Position numbers and translations under genes: made by a program. A stretch of DNA of 62,988 nucleotides, the filler included, from Bonamia ostreae (taxonomy: Eukaryota): NCBI GenBank assembly GCA_040357525.1. It is 22 parts of 22 records of this genome, joined end to end, with 100 filler letters (N's around TTAATTAATTAA, not from the genome) between each part and the next. Parts side by side here need not be neighbours in the genome. Positions count along the whole stretch, not along the records: positions 25,975 to 28,749 come from JBDODL010000701.1; positions 28,850 to 31,623 come from JBDODL010000702.1; positions 31,724 to 34,494 come from JBDODL010000703.1; positions 34,595 to 37,364 come from JBDODL010000704.1; positions 37,465 to 40,226 come from JBDODL010000705.1; 17 more parts are not named here. One strand, written 5' to 3'. The number at the start of each line of letters is the position of its first letter. The stretch's first letter is position 1. Below, piece after piece: positions 26,040 through 38,242 of this stretch. The notes below the pieces were generated by a model that saw nothing but the letters and a program-made list of their open reading frames with translations, was not told the DNA's origin and ran no database searches.

Positions 26040-27047
26040 ATTAATCAGATTTATCAATTCGATAAAATTTACGCACAAGATGCAAAATCTCGAAGATATA
26101 AAAAGATATAAAAAGCACATTGCAGCATAAAAACGACCACAAAAGCGATGCATTCCTCCAAAGACATTTTTACTTTATATTTTTCTACAAATTCGTAATT
26201 TCTGTCACAGCAAAAAATCAAACTTTCAGTAAAAATTTTGATAATTCTGTCAAGATTTCTTTTTTCTGTTTTTTCGGCTGTTTTTGCCCAATTTGTGACA
26301 TTTAAGGAAAAATTGATATTGAAAAAGTGTGAAATTTTTTCATATTTTTCATTTTCTGTTTTGTATTGAAGAGAAAGAGCACATTTGTTTTTCGAGTATT
26401 TTAGATATTCTAAGTTTGACGTTGATGAAATTCTTTTTTTAATAACATCTTTTATTAAAATCGATGTTTGAAAAATTGTAAAACTGAACGATTTAAAAGT
26501 GCGTAAAGTGACAAAATAAGACGAAAAAGAATCTCCAAAAATTGTTAATCCGAAGATATTGAGAACATGATAAATTTTGTAAAATATTTCATCAATGTAA
26601 TTGCTATCGACGATGAAATAAATTGCAATTTTGCATTTTTTATGAAATTTGGTGAAAAATTGAACATTTTTTTCTTTTTCTAACTGTTTTTTTTACATTT
26701 TTATTGTCATTTTCGTCAGTATAATTATTATTTTTGTCGTTTTCATTATCGTTTTCGCTATCTTCGTTATCTCTTACATTTTTATCTTCATTTTCCCCAT
26801 TATTATTATTATTATCGCCGGGTTGAGGATTATCTCTACTTTTATTTTTTTTAATTCCTTTCATCTTGTAAAAATAGTCTGAGTTAAAGATTTTCACAGT
26901 GTTTGTGTATAAAAAGATAATATCTTCATCGGAATGCGAATAGATTTCATATGCTTTATTTTTGTCAGTGATTCCAATGAATTGGGATTTTATTTTACTG
27001 TTTTGGACACATTGCATAATCAGTAAAAAATAAATTGAAACGTTCAT
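26040..27047 (-). CDS. Hypothetical protein with Asn/Asp-rich low-complexity tract
   Basis: ORF 26640-27047 plus downstream coding-like segments; boundaries uncertain. Confidence 0.4.
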
Positions 27048-27287
27048 TTATTCGGTTGTTTTGCTCTTTTTTGAGTACACGTTAAAAATATTTAAAAGAG
27101 GATATTTGGTATTTTTAACAAAATATAGACAAAATCGATAAATAAAAAAATTAAGAATAAACACTCAAAAAAAACATCATTTATCGAGGCGCTTAGCCAG
27201 ACTTAGTAAAAACAGTAAAACAATATTTTCTTTACTTTTTGGCGATATAATCTTGGCTTGAATTCGCAATTATTCACATATTAGAAA

Positions 27288-28497
27288 ATGGCAAAAATCT
27301 TAAAAAATATAAATTCGCAATATTTGAAGTTTGAACAAAATGAATTGGGCACTTCCGAATTAATGGAATTACCTTCGATAAATATTGACAACGAAGAATA
27401 TATTATTATTATGTCCCCAGGTATTTTTTCTTGCTTCAATTAATTTATTTTCACTGTCTTTTTGTTAGAAAATTTATTGTATTTTTAAATTACGATACTT
27501 CAATTTTAAAAATTTTAAATACAGGAAATCCCGGGATTATCCAAATTTACCAAAAATTTTTGGAATCGATTTACAATTTATTTAATCAAAAATACAAGAT
27601 TTTTGGCCGTTTTTTATTTTTATAATAGTTGGTTATTTGGGACATTCGAAAATCGACTTGAACCGGCAAAAAATATACACTGTTGAAGACCAAATTAAAA
27701 ATTTGGAACTTTTCATTGAAAAATTAATAAGAAAATACACAAGAAAAGTAAAAATAGTTTTGATTGGACATTCGATGGGTGCTTATATAAATTTAAAAGT
27801 GATTGGAAATCGCCCCGACTTTCCAATAGTTTATTCTATGAATTTATGCGCTGTTCTCTGCAAATTTAGTTTAGCAATGCTCATGAAAGTTTAATTTTTT
27901 TTAGCAATTATTCGAAAATTTTTTATGTGTTAAAAAGAAAAATTATTGAGAATTTGCTGACTTAAAACGCCAAAAATTAATTTTTTTACAATTGAAAAAA
28001 TTTTAATAACAAAAATAATAGATATTATCTTTTCCTTATTTAAGAAGAATATCAAGTTTCCTAATTTCAAAAACTCCCGAATTCTTAAAATCAAATTTGG
28101 CAAGTTTTCTATTAAACGTTAAATCTTATGACGAAATAATGACGAGTATCGAATATTCAAACAACTTCTATTTCTTAGAAAATGCGCTTTGTACCAGTGA
28201 CAACATTCAAAATATTCTTAGAAATGACATCCCTTCTGAAATATCGGAAACTATTAAAAAGAACAACGAAAAAATCTTGTTTGTTCATACGTTAAATGAT
28301 TATTATGTCACCGATGACGTATTCGAATATGTTAAATACGCACTTCATTTTGGTTTTATTAAAATTTGGTTTACCAAAAAGATTTTTTTGTTAAAATGAT
28401 CAAAATCAATTTTAATTAAATAGCAAACTTCGTAATAATCCCAGAAGAAGAAAATGTCAATCACGCGTTTATCAAAAATGAAAATTATAAAAAAGTG
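27288..28497 (+). CDS. LDAH: Lipid droplet-associated hydrolase (alpha/beta hydrolase)
   Basis: PG|NPG..Y..F, GYLGHS, Y.VEDQI, LIGHSMGAY nucleophile motif, terminal HAF. Confidence 0.85.
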
Positions 28498-28849
28498 ACA
28501 AAAATCTGTTTTGAACATTTGAATAGAAAAGTATTAAATTTTTAAAATTTTTTTGTATTATCAATTTGTGTATCACAGCGAAACCGCAACGGACAAATAA
28601 GGTTACTAACAAGCAATGTTTCTTTCGATTTTTTTGAGATATCGAAAGTTTCTTATAAAGACGGGCGTTCTTTGATATCCGCAGAGTGCGTTCCCGAGAA
28701 CTTGTTGCATTTCTTATTCTTCTCCATGCAATTTTGTTCACTGTGACGGNNNNNNNNNNNNNNNNNNNNNNNNNNNNNNNNNNNNNNNNNNNNTTAATTA
28801 ATTAANNNNNNNNNNNNNNNNNNNNNNNNNNNNNNNNNNNNNNNNNNNN

Positions 28850-29400
28850 TTTGTAGTGCAGTTGTTGATAGACGCGGGGACAATAGAGGATTTGAATAGA
28901 TTGCACGAAAGGTTGAAAGGGCGCTACAGTGAATTGTCGAAAACAAAAGGAGCCACTTTTGCTGTCGAAAGGTTGATGGCTAATTCTGGTTGGAAGACTC
29001 GCGCAGGCAATTTATATTTTGCGAATATCAAATTTTTGATATTTTAATTTCGATTATTTTCCTTTTTTTGCAAATATCAAATTTTTTGGTAACAATAAAT
29101 ATCAAATTTGCTGATTTATTAGAAATTGTGAACGAACTGGTAGAAGACCCGAATTTGAATTTGCTGCTATCAGACAATGGTGGTAACTACGTTGTTCAAG
29201 TTTGATTGTAATTGTAGAAAATCTTGGCATATTGTCTTCGAACTCAAATACCGAAAGTGATCTCGGTATTGCAGCCGATGACAAAATTTTTGGACGAGAA
29301 GCTGCAAGAACGGTGGAGCGCCATTCTGAACGAATTGAGGAAACGTCTCTGTGTCCAAGACAAGTACGTTTCTAACTCACGAGCGCACAAATTTAAGTGA
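28850..29400 (+). CDS. Pumilio/PUF repeat protein C-terminus (5' partial)
   Basis: ELSKTKGATFAVERL and LLSDNGGNYVVQ PUF repeats. Confidence 0.8.
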
Positions 29401-29670
29401 TTCTGTAGTAAATTATTGTAATTTGTTGGCAAATGTTTGGTTTTGCCGGTAAGTTTTGGAGATCAAGTTTTGTCAAACATCGATTTGGGCAAATATCAAT
29501 CAGCAAAGGCAATTCTGCCACAACAACATTGATAACGTCTGAAGCGATGTTTGCAAAATTGTTCTTCGAAAATTATTGGCAAAATTGGATGTTTAGCCCA
29601 ACGAAATCTTTTACAAACTATTTTACAAATATTAAATGGAAAGTGGAGAGATTTAAATCTTTTTTAATTT

Positions 29671-29801
29671 GGAGGCGACGCTCATGCTTCTACAGGTGGC
29701 TGCCCTAGCGTATGCCGGACTCCTGGCAGGGTAGACACTCAGAGGCGTACGCGTAGCCGACGCAATGTAAACTCAAAGGATGCGTTGCGAGTGGTCGTCT
29801 T
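29671..29801 (+). ncRNA. Unidentified structured RNA candidate (~130 nt)
   Basis: GC-rich island in AT-rich intergenic DNA; ends pair, several internal helices with G-U pairs on + strand. Confidence 0.5.
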
Positions 29802-30082
29802 AAAAAAGCGATTACAAAAACAAATAACGAGAAATTTAAATAAATTAAAAAAGCGATTACACTTATTTCAAGAATGAAACTTAAATAAATAGAAAACAAA
29901 CTCAAGATTAATCAAACTCAAAATTAGGAGATTAATCCAATATATCAACAAACAAATCGAAACAAAACATGGGGAACTTATCAGCTTTGAAAGCTGACAA
30001 TATTTTTTAACCCCCAAAAACGGGGAACTCAAATTTATTTTCAAATTTAAAATCACTTTGAAAATTTTACTAAATGAAAAAT

Positions 30083-30596
30083 TTATTTTTGGATTTCGAA
30101 ATGCCGCCAACTGTTCTCCACGGACTCTCCGACGAGTCGATTGTACTCGGGGCGATTGTCTGTAAGCAATTTCGCTGCTCGGCCATTCGCAGGGGAACGG
30201 GGGTTCGGATCGCTGAGGAGGCTCTGGATAGAGCACAAAACAGTCAAAGCGTCGTAAATCGGACTCCAATTTTCTTGCAGAATGTCGAGACAGATGTTGC
30301 CGTCTTCGTAAACTAAAATTGTTCGAAAAACTGTTCGGGTGGAACATCTTTGTTACAAACTTAACTTTGGGCGGTTGAACGGGATATTTTTCGGAGAACG
30401 TCATTGACAGAACAAAAGTGCCGTCTTCCCATTTTGTCTCTTTCGGTCTGTTTTTTCAATAAAATTTTAACCCGAAGATAACAGCGGTCCATTCCAGAAT
30501 ATTGTCTTCGGACGGAGAAGCCATTATTCCATAGGACTCGTCTTTTTGGATATTCTCGAGATCCTTTATCAGCCTTCTTCTAGCTGGAGTAGACAT
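30083..30596 (-). CDS. RAD6: Ubiquitin-conjugating enzyme E2 RAD6/UBC2
   Basis: [44 protein letters not shown]; introns 30448-30471 (24 nt) and 30313-30331 (19 nt). Confidence 0.96.
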
Positions 30597-30636
30597 TAAT
30601 TTGGTCAATATAATTAGAAAACAAAAATTAGCCAAA

Positions 30637-31613
30637 ATGGCGCAAATTAATTTAGATAACTATATAGAGCTGACAGATGATAAATTAAGTTTTTGATAGA
30701 CATTTAAAGCTCGAAACATTAAAAATTTAATGAAAATAAAATCCTAAAGAAGAATGTATAGAAATATCGCCAGTTTTGATAAGAAGAATTGTCTTGGATA
30801 AGATTGATAAGATTGAATCGTCCAAAAAACACAAAAACGACGTCGTCTTTAATACAATTGAACTTTTAGCAAAAAGACTTGATCTCATAAAAGTTTTTAG
30901 AACAATATTTTTAACAGAAAAAAATTAATGTTTTGAATTTTAACAAATTTTAAAAAGGATGGGAAAACAATAAAAAAAGTGAGTTCGAAGAAGAAGAAAA
31001 AGAAAAATTTTCTTATTCAACCGATATCTGTGACTAAAGAAAATTTGATGAAGTTTAAAGAAATGGCTATCAATTTTCATTTGGATAAAAAACCTGAACT
31101 TTTAGATGTTTTCAACATTTTTTCGTTTTAAAAAATTTGTTCTAAAAAACATTTTTTCGTTTTAAAAAATTTGTTCTAAAAAACATTTAATTAAAAATTA
31201 AGCCAAAATCATTACAAATCCTCTCAAAAACAATCCTAAACAATTCAAACCCAAAAATTACAGAAAAATTTGAACAAATTTTATTTCAAAACATACACAA
31301 AAATCCAGAATCCGCCATTAATCACTTGTATTCCGTCTTTACTCTCAAAGACGAAAAAGAATATGAAAAATCGTTAGCAAAAGCGGTCCATTTTTTGACC
31401 CAAAACACAGAAAAACGAGACGAAGATGTAATAAAATATTTTTGTTTGTTGTTGCCAAAGCCGTCTACCTTCTTCTTTGAAGCTATCTATAACCAAATTT
31501 CCGCTGGTATGGAAAACGCTCAACATTTTCTGGATGCTTTTTTGGATTACGCTTTGCTTCGTCCTTTGCAAAGACAAAAAGCTTTAAACGTTCTTTTGGT
31601 TTTTTTTTTTTAA
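30637..31613 (+). CDS. Possible symplekin/Pta1-like protein (3' partial)
   Basis: LLRPLQRQKALNVLL resembles the symplekin RP..R...L.+LL segment; multi-exon. Confidence 0.4.
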
Positions 31614-31723
31614 TTTAAATATTNNNNNNNNNNNNNNNNNNNNNNNNNNNNNNNNNNNNNNNNNNNNTTAATTAATTAANNNNNNNNNNNNNNNNNNNNN
31701 NNNNNNNNNNNNNNNNNNNNNNN

Positions 31724-33641
31724 AATTTATTGTTCATCGCAAATCTTTTTCCAAAATCGCATTTGCAAAATAAGGTTCCGGTCATATTAGAACGATGCAT
31801 ACAAAAACGCAAAGAATGGAATGAAATAAAGCGAATGCTCTCCTATTACTGGAGACGACTTAGCGTCAACATGTGGCTGCACAGAACAATCAACAAAAAC
31901 ACCAAAAAGCACGTAAAGTTCCGTTCGACCATCGACAAAAACTGTTTTGAATCAAATTATGAAGATTTGCTTAACGAGCTAAGCAACGCATCTTGTTACA
32001 ATCACTGCTACTCCAAAGAACCGGTTCGATTCAGCGCAACCGGGGGCGCAGCAGAAGGCGGCCTGTCATCAGTGCTTCAAAAACATGAAAATTTTCTTTT
32101 CAACACAAATCCACCAAATCCGCCCAGTTTTCTCACTCCGATTGAAAAACTGCGCAAAGATCCCAAAAATTCCCACGAGATCAACCTGGGCGTTCCGAGA
32201 GAAATAGAGATAGTCCATGGAATCTTCTTAAATTTGGCGAACGCGTTTTTTAAACAAGAAAACGATAAAACCGAAAACTCTTCTCCGAAAAATCGCGTCG
32301 AAAGCGCCGACAAAATTTTTCAATCGGAAAACAGCATAATCCAAATTCCCTCGAAACCAAAAGTAACAGAAGAAAATGAAAACTTTGCCAAAAATGACGC
32401 AAATGAGAACAGCAAAACTTTAACGGAAACGAGAAAAAACAAAGTTGATCTGAACAACCTCCAAACCCGCAAAAACGAAGAAAGTCAAACCATTGGCAAT
32501 GACAAACAAAAAAGTTCCGAACAGCTTAAAACGAACAAAATAGAACAAACGGAAACTGACGATCAGAAACAAAAGGAAATTCTAAAATTTTACACAAATT
32601 TCATTAACTCGGAAAAGTTGGATTTGGCAAAACAAAACCCGCAGAAAAGTTTTTGGGACGAAGTCTTCGGGGTCTATTTTGGCATCGGCGCGGATTATAG
32701 CGAGAACTTGGAAAGTTTTGCAGCTCGAAGGAGCATCAGTAACGGCGCGCAAGAGGAAACTTCCGCAATGCGGCGTCTAGTTTTAAATTCGGATTGGTAC
32801 TATTTTCTGAGGCTGCTACATGTTTTTTTTTGTAAAGGTAGAAACTTTTGGTTTCCTTGGACAAACTTCGCGTCGGCGTCTATAATGTTTTTATGAAACA
32901 AGTTTAAGAGTGTTGGTGACGACGGAATGATAAGAGATATTCTGCAAATGGCGAAAGATGGCCCAAAGAAAATTTTCGAAGAACAGAGTCAAGTCAAAAG
33001 CAAAGAACTGTTTTGCCAGAGCTTAGTTCTGTTCTTCAAAACGCTAAAAGCGGTTTCGAATTTTAACTTGAAAAGGCTGAAATTCTAATTTCAGACAAGA
33101 CAAGTTTGAGATTAATGTCTCTCTGTAAAAGCTATGTTAGATGTTTGGTGACTTTGAATAGGAAAAAAGTGTACATGAACGACAAAGAAGAGTTTTTGAT
33201 AACTGCCAAATTTACTTTTTCGCAAATTTTAAGATGAAATTCCATTCTTTCTAATTCAAAATTTTTAAGCCCGGAAATATCGACAGGTTTGAAAAGTGTG
33301 CGAAAACTTTTTATGAAAAGGTGTGCAGACATGAACTCAAAAGAGACATTGATTTATCTCGAAAGCGTTTTTGCAAATTTTAACGAAATTAGAATATAAA
33401 TCAACACAAAATGTGCTTCGGTTATCTAAAAGAACCCGAAACGCCTGAAAAAATGTTCGAACAAAATTCTCCAAAGCAGAAAGAAGAAAGGATAAGCATC
33501 GACCAAAAGCAGCCTGAAATAAACACTGCACCGCAAATGAGACAGAATTTGAATGTTTTCTCGCGGATGTCGATAAATCAGTCCAAAGAAACAAACCCTT
33601 TTCTCATTTCGACTCCTGTCTCCCCCTCAGAAAATGTGTGA
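31724..33641 (+). CDS. Divergent Sin3-like corepressor C-terminal part (5' partial)
   Basis: VPVILERCIQKRKEW...YWR (HID-like) and NSDWYYFLRLLH (Sin3a_C-like). Confidence 0.6.
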
Positions 33642-34594
33642 AATAACAGAGATTAAAGACTTCATTTACATTTTTAATTTTTAAACTAGGTGTATTGCCT
33701 CAGTAGTTCGGACTAAGTGCATGCATTCGTGGGGTGTGAGCCCCCAAATTCAAAATTTAAAACCAAAATTTTTCTTTCGATAAAATTTTTGATTATGTCT
33801 AAAGCGAAATTTTTAATTTAAGGCTTTTTCTGTTTTAGAAAAATTGCAAAATTCAGAAGAATAATTCGTTTCAAAAAAATTTGTACGCAATACCAAGACT
33901 AACGAAAAAATCTCAATCCACCTAATGGCAGTAAGTAATATCAAATCACTGTTGCTAATTTTGGATATTTTTCCAAAAAGTATAAAAAGCATGATTCCAC
34001 CTGTTATAAGTGTCAAGAAAATATTATTCAATTTTACAACATTTTCGGTTTATGGCTTTAAACAGACTGGATAAAAAATTTCTGAATTGCCGGTAATGTT
34101 GAAAAAAATTTTAATCTTTTTATAAAAAAACAGATATAGTAAAGTTAAAATTTTTTGATAAAAATAGTTTTAAAATTATAAACGTAGTTGTATTATTTTT
34201 CATAATATATAAAAATTAGTTTTATTTAACGTAGTCAAATCTCTAAGTCCTTTATTATTTAAAATTTTTTATTAAAGAAATAGTAAAAATAGGCAAAGAA
34301 AATATATCTCGATTTGCAGACGTAAAAGTTTAGTGAGATCGATATTAGAATTCTCAACAGTTTTTTTTTCGGTGTGTGTACCAGGAAGTATCATTCCTCT
34401 ATGTTGACCCCTCAGGTTTTTAAACCATATTTGGGGAAGAGGAAATCTACTCAAGATATTAATTGAAGGACACAGTTTAAGGTGTCTTGAGAGGNNNNNN
34501 NNNNNNNNNNNNNNNNNNNNNNNNNNNNNNNNNNNNNNTTAATTAATTAANNNNNNNNNNNNNNNNNNNNNNNNNNNNNNNNNNNNNNNNNNNN

Positions 34595-35640
34595 AAATAT
34601 TCAATAACAACAAAATACAATTAAATGACCATATTTTTAATTTTAGTTCTTTCAATAACGTACAATACAAATCGAGAAAATACAAGCACATCTGAGAAAG
34701 AAACTTTTTATTCATGTTTTAATTATAAAAAACGATTCAATATATTTATTAATTTTTTAAATTATCTAAAGTTGATCAACTGCATATAAAAACACCTAAT
34801 AATGTTCCTAAATTGCCAGATTTGAGCATAACCCTCGATCAAATAAATTTATCTGATTATGAAAAATTAGATTTAGCAACGGACGAGGAAATATGTTTTG
34901 TTAAGAACAAATTTATACTTTTTTAAACTTTTGTCAACATAAAACTTAAAAAAATAATTTTAAGTCGATTTAAGTACTATTTCAGTTTACAGAGCATTCA
35001 CAAAAAATTACAATTTTGGTTTTCATGTTGCCTTGAAACCGAAGTTTATAGAAGGGATGAATCTTTACACGGAAAGTCTTAAAATAGATCTTAAACAAAT
35101 GAACTACATACTTAGAAAATTAATTGTTCTTTGTTATAACGAAAATAATCTTTTCAAATACAGAAGAAAATTGCTTATTGACTACTCTGTAATATCAACT
35201 ACATTTACATATTTTAAAGTCGAATTTAATACAGACATCAAATATGTAAAATTTTGCTATATCGACAATGAAAACAAAATTTGTACTTTGGATACAATGG
35301 ATGCGGATGCAAGTATAAATAGTTTTCTAAATATTTTTTAGATATTATAAAATCTGATTGTGTGAAAATAACAAATCCTTCAATTGTACAGGGAAATATG
35401 GACAAATATTATGTGGTAATGAAACAACTTAAAGACGATAAAAACAACTTTGTATTATTATATCCTTTCACTCACATTACAATGGTTATTAACAACGTTG
35501 ATACCTATGAAATTGCACTTGACAAGTTTAATAAGGGAGAGATCAAGATGTCACAGTTATTTCATTGTAAAACATATTCTTTTAAATATGATTCAAAAGA
35601 AATTACAGAACAACATCGATTAGTTGGAATACTGTATTAA
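34595..35640 (+). CDS. Hypothetical protein (5' partial)
   Basis: ORFs 35033-35341 and 35362-35640 joinable by a short intron. Confidence 0.4.
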
Positions 35641-36327
35641 CAATGTTGCAGATAAGTAAATGTCAAAACTTAAGTAAATAGTTTAACCAAATCAATGTCA
35701 TAGTCATTATAATGCGTACATGCTTTCAAATTCTAGAATTTGCATTTCCACAACTGCGAACTATATCCCGATGTCATCGCCTTTCTTTGTCTGCGCTGCT
35801 AGGTGCAAACGAAGTGGCCGGTCAACGAGTTGACAAAGGTTTAGTTGATAACGGCATAAATTCTCGTTGATACCGAGTTCGAGACATTGCTGCTATTACC
35901 GCCAGTAGATTGTTTCCTTCTTGACACAGGCTCCCGTCAGATAGGCGGAATATTAAAAATATAACCGCTCTAAAATTACTGGATCTTAAAAAATCATAAA
36001 AATGCGCAACACAAAAAAATCGTTAAAAACGCAGTTTCGTTGTTAATTCTATCATTTAAAGTTTAACAATTTGTTTAGTACATGTAACCAGAGCAACAGA
36101 CTAAACAGTACATAGGATATCAAAAACTTAATGATTTCTAAAGATGGATGAAATAGGACATCAATGCGACTTTAAAAACAATGGAAATTTTTTACGAAGA
36201 AAGTCAGTGATGATTGAAGCAGCGGCGAAAAGGAAAATGATTTTTAAGATTTTTCTGTCTCTGCAAAGAAACAGGTCAAGGAGGAAGCGCTATGACTCTA
36301 ACGGAAACAACAAATAAAAAAAATAAA

Positions 36328-37315
36328 TTAATCAAAGATCCACGGATACCAATCTCTCACACTAATCCGCGCGCTTTTCGTCAAAAGCTTTCTGTAGTGA
36401 TCCGAAACTCCCCCAAAAAAGGGGGCGAAAGCCCCTTCGTCAGAGCAAACCGCCCCGACAGCCAAATAAGAGTACATCAGCAATCTCGGAAACCGAATAT
36501 TAAAATAATTGTAAAATCCATTCGGATACTTCCCAATCAAAACTTTTAGTTCTTTTGGTATTTCGTTGTGATGAAAAGCTTTGTTTCTGATTATTCTCAG
36601 AAGGTCTTTTATCTTCGTGAAGTCGTATTTGCGGAACCGCCCCACGTCAGATATCAGCGCTTTGTCGATTTTGCATTTCCAACTGTCCCCTAGAACTTGT
36701 TTCGCGGCGCTTTCAAGCAGAGCCCTCGCCGCGGAGTCGGCCGACTCTTTTTCGAATCTGTTTGACACCGCGCACAGAAAACGGAGGCACTTTTCTTCTG
36801 CCCAGAAGAAAGGGTGCAACAGTGTGTCCGATATCCGCAAACGCGAATCGGGGTCTCTCTTCAACATGTTTTCCACCAAATGGACTGCTTCTGGCGCCAC
36901 AGAACATCCTTGCGGCAAGTTTAGAAGTCCCTTCGGCAATTCGTCTTTGTTTGTCGCCACTTCAAAGTTTCTGTTCAAAGGGCTTTTGTGGATTGGTTTG
37001 CAACAAAATGTCGTTTTGCGGATTAAGTGAAAACGGAGAAAGTTATCAAAGTTTGAAAATTAAAAAATGCGCAATCGCATTTTGTGTTAACAATTTTGTC
37101 AAAACGAAAACTCGTCGTCGAAGGGATGGTGTCCATTGGTCAAAATGTAGAAAATGATGCAACCGAGCGAAAAGATGTCGATCGCTTTCGTTTTTCTGCC
37201 GTCGCAGAGAACTTCTGGCGACTGCCAGCCCGAAGATCCTTTCGCCGCCGTATTGAATTCGCTCTGGTCAACTTCCAATCTTCTCGATAAACCCATATCT
37301 GCTACCTTCGCCCTT
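36328..37315 (-). CDS. IRE1: IRE1 kinase/endoribonuclease C-terminus (5' partial)
   Basis: ADMGLSRRL, GSSGWQSPE, DIFSLGC, GHHPF, HPFFW, KEN domain DLLRIIRNKAFHHNE..FPRLL. Confidence 0.95.
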
Positions 37316-37464
37316 TATTGTTTTTAAAAAATTATTTTTTATTGTTATCGAAAATCAAATTTTTNNNNNNNNNNNNNNNNNNNNNNNNNNNNNNNNNNNN
37401 NNNNNNNNTTAATTAATTAANNNNNNNNNNNNNNNNNNNNNNNNNNNNNNNNNNNNNNNNNNNN

Positions 37465-38107
37465 GAGTTGTATGACAAGGCGGCTTCGGCTTCGACGTTC
37501 TACAACTTCTCGAAGAAGACGAAGACCAGGATGAACTTTCGTCAGAACTACTATAGTCCGACGATGATGTCGATGAGGTCTCAGAGGAACTCTCTGTGTT
37601 CGAATCCGAAGTGTCTGTTGTGTCCGTACTCGAAAAAGATTCATCATCGTAACCGCCATAAACTGGAGGACGAGGAGGTAAAACCCCCGGTGGGCCCGGT
37701 GGCCCTGGCGGCCCGGGAGGACCCGTAATACCCATTAGTCCTCGAATGCCCGGAGGGCCCATGCCACCTCTCGGCCCTCTCGGCCCAGGCGGAGCAGTCC
37801 CAGACTTCCCCGGCTTTCCTGGAGGCCCTCTCGGCCCGGGATGGCCGGGAATGTTTAGTTGTCTTCCCGGCGGACCCGGGTAGCCAGGAAAACCTTTGAG
37901 GCCTTCGGGTCCGACGGGACCATCTATGACGAATCCACTCAATCCAGGGTTGCCCATGGGACCTTGAATACCGCTATCGCCTGGTTCGCCGGGCAGCCCA
38001 ACAGGTCCAGCTTTGGTTCCTCCGGAGAGACCGATGGAGCCTTGGAGGCCAGTTGGACCGGGAGGGCCTCTGTGATTACTTCTGCTTTGAGAATTTGGCT
38101 GGTTCAT
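37465..38107 (-). CDS. Collagen-like protein with Ser/Thr-rich tail (3' partial)
   Basis: About 40 Gly-X-Y triplets with short interruptions. Confidence 0.9.
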
Positions 38108-38242
38108 TGCTTTAGTTGATTTTGAAGAACACGAATCTACAACTTTATCAAATTTCGCTTTTTGTTATTACTTTCGTCCAAATCTCATTATATTTTACTC
38201 GATTTTGTAATATTTAGGTCAAAATTGGGCAGTAAAAACAAC

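Noticed and set aside
29671-29801. TPP riboswitch or 5S rRNA on the minus strand
   Set aside because: CTGAG, ACCC and AGGG are present but the CCTGAT core and P2 pairing are missing; 5S internal motifs are absent
30637-33641. Single gene spanning 30637-33641
   Set aside because: A contig linker at ~31624-31723 separates two unrelated fragments
34380-34392. U1 snRNA 5' end (ATACTTCCTGG on the minus strand)
   Set aside because: One base short of the consensus, with no U1 stem-loops or Sm site in the right arrangement downstream
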